A stretch of 64,000 nt of DNA. Source: Catajapyx aquilonaris (Eukaryota). Numbering within the stretch: the first letter of the stretch is position 1; every line of letters starts with the position of its first letter. The position numbers and the translations under genes were made by a program. The notes below the pieces were generated by a model. It had not been told where the DNA came from. It did not search any database and saw only the letters and a list, made by a program, of their open reading frames with translations. The stretch covers positions 62,001-126,000 of the forward strand of contig KZ538015.1 in assembly GCA_000934665.2 (NCBI GenBank), in the 5' to 3' direction. This document shows, piece by piece, positions 40,001 through 51,790 of this stretch.

Positions 40001-43000
40001 GGCCATGTGCATGCTAATGTTGGTAGTTATTAGTGCCTCCTTACACGCAGGTGTTAGTCAAGTGGATCAATTTGTGCTCCTGGAGTTGGAGAATAATCTT
40101 ATCCCATACGTGCCGATGACCCTGCTAGTTGATTGATATAACTCAGCCATTGTCTGCAGAAAATGATCGCCCCTGATCTGTTTAGTAGGTGGGCAAAATG
40201 GCATGGGGGCTTGGAAGGGGTGGGCTTTTTTTTTTCTTCTTCTTGGCAGACTGGTTGAGAGCTGCAGTGATAGATTGAGAGGAGGAGGGAGAGACACCAC
40301 AAGGAAAAAAGTGGCTTGATGCCAATGAACCAGTGTATGGCGAGTGACGTTGTAAAAATCAGGACTGACTACTCCAGGGCGTAAGGCGTATGGGGAAGAA
40401 CTCGCAAAGAGCCCACACACTAGCAATTAGAGGTGACATTAGGGTCATTACTGGAGCACTGAAGGGTCCGGTTTTAATTTCTAAGGCAAAGGGTCTTTGA
40501 GGTTGGTTTTAATTTGCAAGGGGATGTGTCTCCCAGGACAAGGTGTAATTCAAGTCCACCCACTGCATCCCATGCCGCCACCTTGTTCACAGTCATGGCT
40601 AGATTAGAGCCATGTTGACAATATCTAATTTCCCCCACCAGCAAGTTCTGTGGGCTGACATTGAGAATATTGATTGCCATTGACTCCTCCCCATCCCCTG
40701 CCATCACCCCCCCCCNCCCCCTCATCCCCTTTTCTGGAAGATTAGTTTCACCTTCTTGTCAACATTTAATTGTGATGGTATCATGGGACACGCTGGTCGT
40801 AATTTCAAGAATCTGCAAGGAAAAATATTGGGTGGAGTTGGAAAACACGGAAGAGAGGGCGGAGGGATTTAGAAGGACAGGCCCTTGGTATCTCTTGGCC
40901 AGGGGTGTCAGGGTGTGTTAGGGTAGCATGGAGGGTGACTGCTGCTGTCCTTGTGGAAGGTCAGGAGGGGTCAAGGGGTTCATGCCAGCAAGCCATTGAT
41001 TGCTTCTGAAGTGGCCCTTGTCATGGAATGGAAACTATTTCATTGCCAAGTTTATAGGTACTGGTGCCTTTGATTCCTGAGCAGAAACATGCCAGCAGGA
41101 CAGCCGGCTAAATTACAAAGGCAGCCAAATGTGGGGAATCAGCTTCCAAGCTTGAAATCGGTTGAGATGGGATGTGTAAATAATCCTACATGACATCAAG
41201 GAAGTGCCGTGGACAGCAGTTAACATGGAAATAATTGAGGCTGAAAGTTCATTAGAGTGCCACTCACTGTTATGGCTTTGGTATCTCCTTTTGCCAATAT
41301 TTGTAATTTGATAGTGTGCAGGGAGATAAGCTATGGGATTCCCCAACTCTATTTGGAGGGGGGGGGGNGGGGGAAAGGGAGGGTAATTGCCTCACTGTTT
41401 AGAGTTTCTGCCTTTGCTGCCGCCAGTAATTGGGATGGGTCTGCATTTGCAAGGGTCGTTGCTAGGCACTCTAGCTTTCCTCCCCCCCTCTCCTTCGTAA
41501 GAGCTCCTGTGCAATGGGAGTTGCACTGCCACAGGTCCTTTTGTTGTCTGATTTGCCACCCTTTTCCTCCCCTCAACCTCCTACCTGTTTAATTCTGACC
41601 TGTTGATTACAAGGCCCCTTGCACCACTTTCACCAATCTGCCAGATTGCTTTGGGTGTCAGCCTTGTATTGAGGGGGTTATCTGCGGACTTGGCCGTGCA
41701 GAGCTGCATGAAATAAAATATTCCGATAATTACGAGAGTCTGGCGTTGTCCACACCCAACTCGTAGGAGGAATTGCGAGTGGTTGACTACAGCCTTATTT
41801 TCTCATGTGTTCCAGCCGCCGGGATGACATGGAGTCCTTGGGCTACGTCCTCATGTACTTCAACAGGGGTAGCTTACCCTGGCAGGGACTGAAGGTAGCT
41901 TACACCCATGCTTCTTTTTAAGTTTCATATTGGGCAAGGAACAATTTTTTACGGGGAGAATTTTGTAGTGTTTGTACAGGAGAAACATTTGAGCATCCCT
42001 GTGCGCTACAAGCGAAATGCGTTTGTACCTGCTGTTGGATTGTGCAATAAGTAGGGGGGAAAAAAGTTAGCTTTTGATCCACATGAGATGAGACAGAATT
42101 GTTCTGATGATTGAAAGTAATATGTAACTCCATACCCAGCATTGTGCTGAACTGATGTCTCAGGGCCATATGAAACCTCCCCCTATATCATTAATTCATT
42201 AATTCAAAGTCAGATCCTGTTTCTTTGCAGGCAATACTTGCATGATCAGGATATTTAACTGCGCATTGATCTTAAAAAGTAATTTCCTTGGTTTAAGAGA
42301 GAATTGTGTGTACTAATCGCATTTTTGTCTTACAAGGCTGCCACGAAGAAGCAGAAGTATGAGAAGATCAGTGAGAAGAAAATGTCGACTCCAGTCGAGG
42401 TTCTTTGCAAGGTGAAATATCTTGACTTTTTTGAGACTACATTATATTATAACGCATAATAACTAGGTGGGTTCTGTCAAGTGTTTAGGAGCTGTAAAAA
42501 TACTGATCAAGTTATCAGTTACGTAATCAGCAGCACCTAGTATGATTAATCATTTCGAACGTGTATTGTGCATTGACCAAGTTATCACAACTGAGTCATG
42601 TGCTGCTCTAGTCCTTTGTTCGTTTGAAGTGCCCACAAGTTTGCTTTCATGTTAACGGACTTGCATCAGCTGCACCCTCTTGATAATTCTGGTTCCGTTA
42701 TGCTCAAATCTGTCCCAAGTGGCCTGAGGGGCTTTGCTAAAAGTTGCTAGCCAACTGGTATTAAACGAGGGGGGATTGGATGGCTGTGGGAGGTGAAGAG
42801 GTTTCGATGTAGATTAGCGAAAGATTATAGAGGAAGAGGGAAGAGAGGGCGAAGAATGCAAATTGTAAAGGTCAGGGCTGGGAGCCCCCTGGTCCCTGGC
42901 AACTATAAACAATGAGAATTTGCATTTGTGATGCCCCATTTGAGATTCAAGGTTGCAGATTACTTCTCGAATATGTAAAGCACTTATGCCTCTCCTCATG

Positions 43001-46000
43001 CTTGATGCTGAGTTATTCAGGTGGCATGGCTGACCTATTTGAGGAACACTTGAAGGAGGTAATGCTGCGAACATGGGGAGAGAGAGAGAGAGCAAAATAT
43101 GAAATGTCCATGGGAATATCGGAACTTTTGTTATCTAATATTTTGGTCCGTTCATTACTCCTGAGTTAATATGTCAATCGTGACTTTCGAGGCATAATGT
43201 AGTGACCATTCGGTTGACATTTATGAAAATAAGTATGTGTAACACTGTCTTGCCATTTGCTGGGCTAGAGCCAGCATATGAGGATACAATTTGGGCAATA
43301 TCGATAATGCAGTTGCGGAGATGAAGGACAGTACGATTGACTTGACCTACTACATCATATCCCATTTTTAGCAGATAGAAACTGAAGAATTTGTCCTTTT
43401 TGTACAGGTATTACGATGTGAGAAGAATCCTGAAAATGCGTGACAACTGTCCTATTGTTTTCATGTAGTGCATTATTTTGCAAGGGTGGTAAAGGGAACA
43501 GTTTTCTTTTTGCTCAGAAGACATTTGGCATTACCACTGTACTCTCCTTACTTGGAATGCTGTTGTGAATGGCCAAATCAATCCAGATTACTGGCACACA
43601 CATCTCTTGTCCAATTAGCGAGCTTTTGCTAACTTCGCATGTATTGAAACTTGAATCCCCCCCCNCCCCATTAATTGGCTGCATCCATCATGCCATAGTA
43701 GGGAGCTGATTGAACAACTGTGGTAATTGGGTTGCGCTGCGTCTCATCAAGATTTTCTTGTGAGAGGGAGCTTCTAACGATTTCTTCGGGATTCTGTGCA
43801 CTACTGTAACTGATTTCATTTCATACCCAGATGGTGAGCAAAATACTGGCGTGCTTTGAATGGGACGTGATGTGTGCGAGTCCGATACATGAGCGAATTG
43901 ATCGCTGTGGTGCAGTCCTAACCTTGTCACTAATGGACCTTTTCGTGCAGGGCTACCCAGCGGAGTTTGCAATGTACCTGAACTACTGTCGAGGACTCCG
44001 GTTTGAGGAGGCACCGGACTACATGTACCTCCGGCAGCTGTTCCGCATTCTGTTCCGCACACTGAACCACCAGTATGACTACACCTTTGACTGGACCATG
44101 CTCAAGCAGAAGGCCGCTGCATCGGCGGCTGCCGTTGGGGGGGGGACCTCGCAGGCCATCGCCGCCCCAGGTGAGAAGAGCAGGGGTGGTGGGGGAACGG
44201 GAAACACCACCGCAGGGGCCACCATAGGAGGGGGGGCCACCATCATAGGGGTGGTGGGAGGAGGGGGCGGGGGGAGTGGGAACGGGGAGAAGAAGGACTG
44301 ACCCCCCAAGCCCTCCCAGCCCCAGTGGTGTTGCAGTATGGACTGGGAGGTGGGTGGGAGGGGCTCAGGGGGAGGAGGGGGCGGTGGTGGAGGAGGGATC
44401 ACTTGGGGCGGATTCGGGGCTTGGGGAGGGGGCAGCGGAGCAGGAGATTGAAAAGCTTTGTTCATTTATAACAAGAGTAACATCCAGTGAGATTAGCACC
44501 TTATTTTCCCCCTCCGCCATTTTGAAATAATATATTCAAGTCTGGGTATAGAGTTGTTTATTCCAAAATTGCACACCATCCCACTTTTCCCCCCCCCCCC
44601 CCTACATCCTGGTGTGGATTAGCTTGTTCCACACATGTGAGAAGCTTGAGAAATTGTCAAGATACTTTCAACATTTCCGTAGGAATTTGAGTTGATCCGT
44701 TCCATTGGTATAAATGTTAACAGCTGGTGGATTAGAAGCGTAGCTTGCCAAGTGGTGCATTTATCGCACAGAGGTAATTATTACAATGAGGTGTTTTCGG
44801 ATTAATTCTTGAAAATTCGTGTGGAGCAAAATCACTTGGCAGACTATGCCTAACCCACGTGGAAAGTTCATGGCAACATATCCATTCAAAATCTTAAGCT
44901 TTTGATAAATATCATGTGTGTAGTTATGATTCACTTGCAAAGTGAGCATATCCTGATGTCATATCTAGAGTGACACACCAGTAGGGCCACATTTTATTTT
45001 TATTTTTTTGGTGCGATAACCTCCACATATAAAACTACTCAAGTTATCATTGCACTATTCCAGTAGATAGATGATTGGACTGTTGCCCCCATTTTTATGG
45101 GGAGTGCCTAATGCGGCAACAAAATAACAAAGTGAACGATGAAACGGGCCCACCCTTTTTCCGTGTACTCAGCCTGAATCATGGGCAAATGTAGTTTTCA
45201 TTATATTTTTGGTACGGATCGGTAAATTGCGCAGTATTTTTGACCCCGTAGCTGGGAAGTGCTTCATAAGTCAGTATTAAGATTAAAAACCTCCAGTAAA
45301 CAACCTTGGTATTTTTCTGTAGTCCAGAGACTTGTCATTATTTTTTATAAATGTGATGTTCATAGTGTACCTGACTTGTTTTCATGTCATAGTTGAGAAA
45401 TTGATTGGAACGTGAGTGAGTAAATTATCTGTGCCAAAGAAAGTGCATTAAAGCTTGAGAAATCTTGGTTTGAAAGTGTTTTCCTCTGAAGGAGAAGCTT
45501 ACACGACTGGAAAAAGCAATCCATTTTTGACCTCAAGAAGTATTTTTTCCCCAAAATGACCTTAACCCTACAGAGCCGTAGCTGGTTGATGCATCGGGGG
45601 TTGAAATTCTGTAGTTTTTTTGTTCACAATTGTGGTGGACATAGCTGAGTGTTTTTTTATTATTTCGTTGTTGTTTTTTTTAATTCTGTCGTCCTTCACC
45701 TTGTCGTCCTTCCTGTATCCACCTGGTCCTCGCTGTTAATGGTGTCAGCATTGGTGTAGTGTTTGTGGGTCCTTGTATTGTTGGATCACTCCCCACCTTC
45801 AATTGACTGCCCAACTTTTTTTTAAAATTTTATTTAACGTAGTGAAGTAATGGCACAGATACAGTATAATATACCAAAGGGAACATTTTAGTCCCAGGTT
45901 TTTGTATCCATGTGGCTGGGATTTGAGGGGGAAGGGCTAAACCCCAGAGTTTCTCTGTTCATAATGGTTATTATTTTGTCATCATGTGAAGTTGACCCCA

Positions 46001-46046
46001 TGACAAGCGCTGGCTCATGTGTCTTGTTGCAGGTAAAAAAGATTAA
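28051..46046 (+). CDS. CSNK1A1: Casein kinase I isoform alpha
   Basis: Exons 28051-28176, 32991-33097, 38296-38521, 39234-39373, 41816-41894, 42337-42411, 43951-44170 and 46033-46046; an alternative reads through 44170 to a stop at 44301. Alpha-type sequences include [67 protein letters not shown] and [18 protein letters not shown]. Confidence 0.96.
34552..34568. other. Assembly gap (N run) within poly-C
   Basis: Run of n characters; isolated n's elsewhere also sit in G/C homopolymers. Confidence 0.95.
36590..36830 (-). mobile_element. Possible decayed 3' end of a non-LTR retrotransposon ORF2 in CK1alpha intron 2
   Basis: The minus-strand translation [22 protein letters not shown]...[10 protein letters not shown] resembles the H-x-L-x2-LLP...Y-x-LR...T-x-R...SF-x-P C-terminal pattern of CR1/L2-clade elements. 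This is recognition by eye only. Confidence 0.3.
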
Positions 46047-48215
46047 TCCCGGGGTAAAAACCGACATGCAGAACAAGCAGAAAAGCAGCTAAATGAGAGA
46101 GTTTAGAAGGTTAGAAGAACTTGCCTTTTCCGTTTATTATAATAATAATATATGCAACTTTTTTTTTTTTTTGGCTGGGAGCGAGAATGCGAGCGAGAAC
46201 GAGAGAGAATGAAAGTTTGGGCTTAATATTTTTTTTTTAAATTGAGTTTTTTTTAACCCTCCCCCAGCGGTGTTTTATTAACATGTATTAACAGAAGCTC
46301 AAGTGATCGTTTACTTAATTTATAATTACTGGGGTGTGTTATCCTTTTCTTTCCCTGACCTGCCACAACCTAATTCCTAATGGGGAAAAACGTTAAGTGG
46401 AAAAAGAGAGAAAAAAAAATTTTGGCAGTCGCTTTCCATTGAATGCATGACTTTCTGGAGTTGGGGTGTCCCCAAGTATGTTTTGTCCGCTTTTTTTTCT
46501 GCCTGAACATTTGCATGGATCCTTCTACCTTTGGATGATGGAGAGGCATGTGTGTGACTTTTGTTTCCTGCCTGTCTTGTGGATTCCTGCTGATACTCGC
46601 ACCGGATTTTTTGGAAGGGGGTGGATTTTTTTAAAAAACTTTGTCTTGGAGGAGGTGTATTGTGCTCTGGGCTCATTATTTTCTCCCTATGACTCTAGTG
46701 GTGCTATAAATAAATCTATTTAAAAAGGGTGTGAGTCGATCCAAGGGACATTTCGTGCACAGTAGAAGATTGTAGAAAGTGTATATAGACCATTTGCATT
46801 ATTTTTTGTGCTACTAATAGAAACATTTAAATGTTCTGAGGTGGTCACCAAATAAGTTTTAACACTTAGTTTTGGCAGCTAAGCTTGTACATAGTGGGCT
46901 AGATTTTAAAAATTAAAAAAAAAACATAACAAAGTTCATGTATCGTGTTGACCAGAATAAAACTCAAGTGCTGGAATGTGTCTGTGATTGCATTAGTTTG
47001 CACCACAGGCTTTGAGTGCAGAAGCTCAACACGATGCTGTGAAGAGAGTTTATAGAAGTTATGGAATAATGGTGGAAAAGAGTGAAACTGACTTGGGTTG
47101 TTTGTTTTCAGGTGGTCGTTAGTGCAAGGGAGTTGTGACATGGAAGCGAAACAAAACAAAGCAAAAAAAAAGTTGATAAGATTTGTGGCTCTTCCCGCAC
47201 ATGATCCATTGCTTTCCAATTGCGATGGAGCGAATTCAGTGTGCGCTACAGGAAGGGGCTAAATGTTGGGATTAAAAAAAAAAAGACTTGACGAGTCTTT
47301 GGCTGCTGATTATTAAAAAAATAATTATTGTGGGAATGCAAAAAAAAAGATGGGGAGGGGGTGAAAAGAGGATCATGTCCAATTGTGTTGTGGATCCCGT
47401 CACCATTGAAGATGCAAGTGCGATGGAGGCTGCCCCAAAAATGCAGCGTCACCAAGTGACGTGGACAATGTGTTCTTAGCATGATTGTTTTTTTTTTGTG
47501 TTTTTTTTAAAATGTAGAAGTTTTGTGAACATTTTGTAGTCAACTTGTTTGTAGCATCACAAACAGAGAAGATGAGTCCCATCTTCATACTGTAGCTTAC
47601 ATTTTGTGCCGAGTCAAGGTGACTCTGGGGTTCATTTTTCGAAATGGTGTTTAAAGAATGTCCAAGTTTTCATTTCAGTTTTTTAACATGTAGAAGTTTC
47701 AGAGGCGCCGGGGAAGTAAAACAAGGAAAATATGAAAAAAATTTGCTGCCCCTGTTTACAATGCTCAAGGCGCAGTGTTTAGTAAGGGTCCAGCATAAAA
47801 AAAATATATAAGGAGAAGAGTGTACATATGTTCTGTTATATTCATCACAAAAAAAAAGAGAGATGCGCTGTCGATGTGTGGGAGATGGAAACGTGTGAAT
47901 GAGTGCGTGGATGTGCGGATGTGATAAGACGATCAATATTTGATGGGGTGATTTGGCAATTGCTGTTTTCGACTGCCAGAAGCAAGTCACTTTGCCCGTT
48001 CTCTGATCTGTATGGAGTAAGCAAGCTTCATTAATTATTTTTCTTCCTCCCGGTTACTTTTTTAAACAGAAATTAATCTATATGATGAGGCGATGTCAGC
48101 ATTTGTGACTGAGTGATACAACCTCTCGGCTTTGCAAGGTTCTCCATTCGTTATCGTTAGTCTGATTCGATGGGCACTTTGGTCTCTTCCTACTTACGTG
48201 ACCGAATAGACATGT

Positions 48216-48291
48216 CGCGGGATGAGAATTACAAGGTTGCAAGTACATAAGGATTTCATTGCAGTTACAACCTTGTAATTCTCACCCCGCG
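48216..48291. repeat. Near-perfect 76-nt hairpin in the presumed CK1alpha 3'UTR
   Basis: CGCGGGATGAGAATTACAAGGTTG pairs with CAACCTTGTAATTCTCACCCCGCG (24 bp, 1 mismatch), and the stem extends imperfectly. AATAAA follows at 48299. Confidence 0.75.
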
Positions 48292-49013
48292 CTGTAACAA
48301 TAAAGGAAGGCATTCACAAGTTTTTAAGAGCTGTTTGGGTGGCTCATCGCATTTATTTCCGACTTAACAAAATTGAAGTAACAGGTGAATGTTGTACATA
48401 ATAATAAGTAAGGATGCTTGTTTAGCAGTTTGTATTCTGGGTGTAGTTACAAAGTGTATTACTTGCCCAGCATAGAACTTGCCCACTTGGACTTGTTTTC
48501 GTAATATTTTTTTCTGCCGGAGAGAGAGAGTTTGCGCCCATACAGAGGGGGGGGAAAAATAATATACCATACATGTTTTATGTTGCACCCTAAAGTATGT
48601 ATGTATGGTACATAAGGGATAATTTTTTTTAAATGGGTGGGAAAGTGAGCACCGGGGTGGGAACAATAAATATTATATTAATACACATAATTTAAAGAAA
48701 AAAGCAAGTGAGAGGCAGTTGGGAGCTATGTAAGGTGAAAGGTTTCTGGTTTTTATCCATGTTTCAAATGCATTAGCTCTGGAAGGTACGTTGTCATTTT
48801 TCATTAAGCTTCATGTTATGTTCATTGGCTCATCCATTTTTTGAGTGCTTTTTTCAGTGTATGAGGCTTTTTTGTCTTGTACAGGAGTGTGACAAAGAAA
48901 ATATATGACGATAATGCATTAAAATGTTGATAACAATAAATATTCCCGCCTGTACAAGGAATGCAGTTGTTGATTTGAATCTTCACCACTCCTCCTTTTT
49001 CCCACCGACGTGA

Positions 49014-50997
49014 TCAAAACTGGATATTAGTGACGTTGGCAATAAAATCGATGAAGGCTGAGACTCTTGTGAATCCATTTGGATATCCCTTTTCGCAGGA
49101 CTTACCTCCAAAAGACACTATCCCTTGCTGCACATGAGTTCCATCGCAGAGTATCTCGTGTAAGGGACCTCCGGAATCACCCTGTTGGTAAATCGGCAAT
49201 GAGTACTTTCACCATCGCACCAATCGTTACGACATTACCTGACATGCTGATTCGCCCCTCTTGTCTGCTGCACATATCAAGTTCCCTGTTACTAATTTTC
49301 CGAACTGTGCTGCACATCTCTTATTTGACAGCACTGTTAGGTTCACATGCTTTAAGTAGGGGCTGATCGAAGTTGCTGAAAATGTGCGGTGAATCGATAC
49401 AATTATTTTTACCTTCCTAAGCGTTGCAAACTTACAGTCGGCTGTGCGTCCCCATCCTGACAGCCGGAAAGATTCTCCGTAGTGGAAGTCAGGTCCGTAC
49501 TGCCGTGATGGTAGACAAATCGGTCTGATCTCATCTGTAGGGTGTTACTTTGTTACTTCCACTATTGTTAATAGCAAGGTGATGTTCTGAGCATGTATTA
49601 CCATTGAACTGAATGTCGACAGGGAGTTCTATGATGGAAATGTCGCTGTGTATTGTAAGTGGATTCCATCCCGGGTGCAAGTACCACTTGGTGGCATTAA
49701 TCCTAATTCTAGACGCCTCCTTGCTCTTCACATTGTGTGCAGCCAAAGCAACCACAATCATTTTGGCTCCATCGGTGCAATGGGCTGCCGTGAGGATATG
49801 CCGCTTTGTGATTATGGATCCGCCACACACTGACCGGCCATCGATCACCAGGAAAGCCATCCACGGATACTGGTGCTTTGCCGTTTCAGAACCGCCAACT
49901 ACTCTAGTCTTGTTGCTGAAGTACTTCTCACTGGGAAGGCCACAATTAGCTGCGGAAGAGGTAGGAAATTAATATTGTTGAGAAACTTACATTGTGCTGA
50001 TAAGTAATCTACATACGCTCTCCCACTGGTTTAATTGACTTGGTCTCATTCCTATGTACCAGGTACTGCAGCTTGAACCCTCTGAAGTTGAACAGAAACG
50101 ACGAGTGGAAGTAAACCAACAGCTTGTTACCCTCCGACGTGACATTGAACGGCGTCTCTGATGAGAAGTCTCCAGTGTACCGTGTCACATTGTCCCAGTC
50201 CCCGGTGCGGGACACATACAAGTAATCCCAGGACGTGAACAGCCATCCTTGGGTCACCAGGTCAAAGAAGGACAACGTGATCACCGTGTCTGGCTCACTC
50301 TGCAACGAACAGTGATAGCTGTCAACTTGCCCCTTTCAGCATGATCTAAAGAACTAGTAGTGGATTTAGGCAACACTGCTTGGCCCACCCCCCAACTTGG
50401 ACGTAATACGATAGGCCAAGTTGGTGCATAGGCTGTCCCTCTGCACACTGCTGCCACCCTCAGGGAGAAAGTAGCACTACATGAACGTTGGTGATGAGTC
50501 AACATGCACGTTGGTGATGGGTCAACGTGCACGTTGGTGATGGGTCAACGTGCACGTTGGTGATGAGTCAACACGGACATACTAGCAGATGGAGAGAATA
50601 AGGGGATTGGTGGCATGGTTACCTCTAGGTTCCAGATGCAGTTCTGGTTTGGAGGGTAGTTCTTCGGGTACTTTGGGGTGCTGATGAACCCGTAGTCTCC
50701 TTCGACCAGATCGGTCAGATTGAACCCGCACTCGGACAGCGTCTGTGCGAAGAACTTCTGGTATCCACCCTCGATGCGTATCTCCGCCTTTTCGTATGGT
50801 TGCACTCGGTCTATCCCGTCTCCAGTCTGGTTCTCCGCTTCCTCCAGATCCTCCAGGAATGGGAATGCTGGAAAAGGCTGGAGACGCGTTATGTCCATCG
50901 GTTCGGACGCGTCTTCGAACGCGTTCTCCTGCGTTCCGAACGCAGCGTAAGGCAGCACCAGCAGCAACGCTACAAGAAGTCGTGCGACAGGCCCCAT
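49014..50997 (-). CDS. Secreted CUB-domain serine protease (S1A, chymotrypsin/brachyurin-like)
   Basis: Exons 50997-50623, 50299-50017, 49949-49602, 49534-49436, 49375-49239 and 49181-49014 are in phase. They encode a signal peptide, a CUB domain (GFISTPKYPKNYPPNQNCIWNL...DYLYV...FRGFKLQY), the activation site R-VVGG, and an intact triad (TAAHC, HSDISII, GDSGGP). The S1 residue is Ser (ESACQGDSGGP) rather than Asp. Confidence 0.92.
50485..50576. repeat. Four copies of a 23-bp internally palindromic unit (ACGTTGGTGATG[AG]GTCAACGTGC) in protease intron 1
   Basis: Direct tandem copies with no spacers; ACGTTG...CAACGT arms in each unit. Confidence 0.85.
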
Positions 50998-51459
50998 TTC
51001 GACAGCCCGAATGTGGAGGGTTTCCAGCCAGTTGGACCCCTTATTATGCACTCGTCCTCTTTACTTTTTTTTTTCCACCCCCCTCCTCCTAACAGACACA
51101 CCACTTGACAATTATGATTCGCCCAGTAAACAATTGTTTAGATACCGGAAGAGCTGGCGACATGTCAAGGGGAACTCAAACCAAAATATAATAGGAGAAT
51201 ACTCTTTTCATTCAGGTCGCATTATTGGGAGGACTGCTGAGGTTTTCCCCTCTTTCTGTTGTGTTGGTAGATGCGGAAGTTGAGATTAACATCGAGAGGT
51301 ACTGTTGTGTACACCCTCAGGACACCATTGCGGTACCCTCTTCATGGGGTTAAACCGAGGGTTAACCAGGTCACGGACACTACTTGAGGAATAAGCGAAA
51401 CCAATTTGGTAAAACCTACAATCGGTATAACAGTGACTTTAATAATGAGACTGCCCGCC

Positions 51460-51589
51460 GATTTTCCACGTAGTATTATTTTTCACGCATAGATGGCGCA
51501 GAGTCCCTCTGCACCCTCCTGCCATCCTCAGGTGATGCGGGAGATAGTGGTACTATCAGATCGGACAAACATCAGGCTGAGAAGAAAGA
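51460..51589 (+). repeat. Dispersed repeat copy 2 (matches ~13869-13997)
   Basis: Shares the same sequence blocks as copy 1. Confidence 0.75.
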
Positions 51590-51790
51590 TGTTATACAAG
51601 TATAAGGAAGAAACATGTAGGGAATGTCCTGCTGGTTATCCCACGCAATATGCGTGACCACGTTACGTCGAAATGTAATTTCGCAATCGCATTCCTGGTA
51701 AAACAAAAGGCGTTGCTCAGCACGTGATTTGTGTAGCTATGCTCCACGCCAAGAGCTGCTCTTGCGTCCACGCCCAGAAAAGAGCAATAT

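Noticed and set aside
50485..50576. Palindromic repeats as a CRISPR array
   Set aside because: There are no spacers or cas genes, and the repeats sit in a eukaryotic intron; the 28-bp repeats at 25156-25332 are rejected for the same reason.
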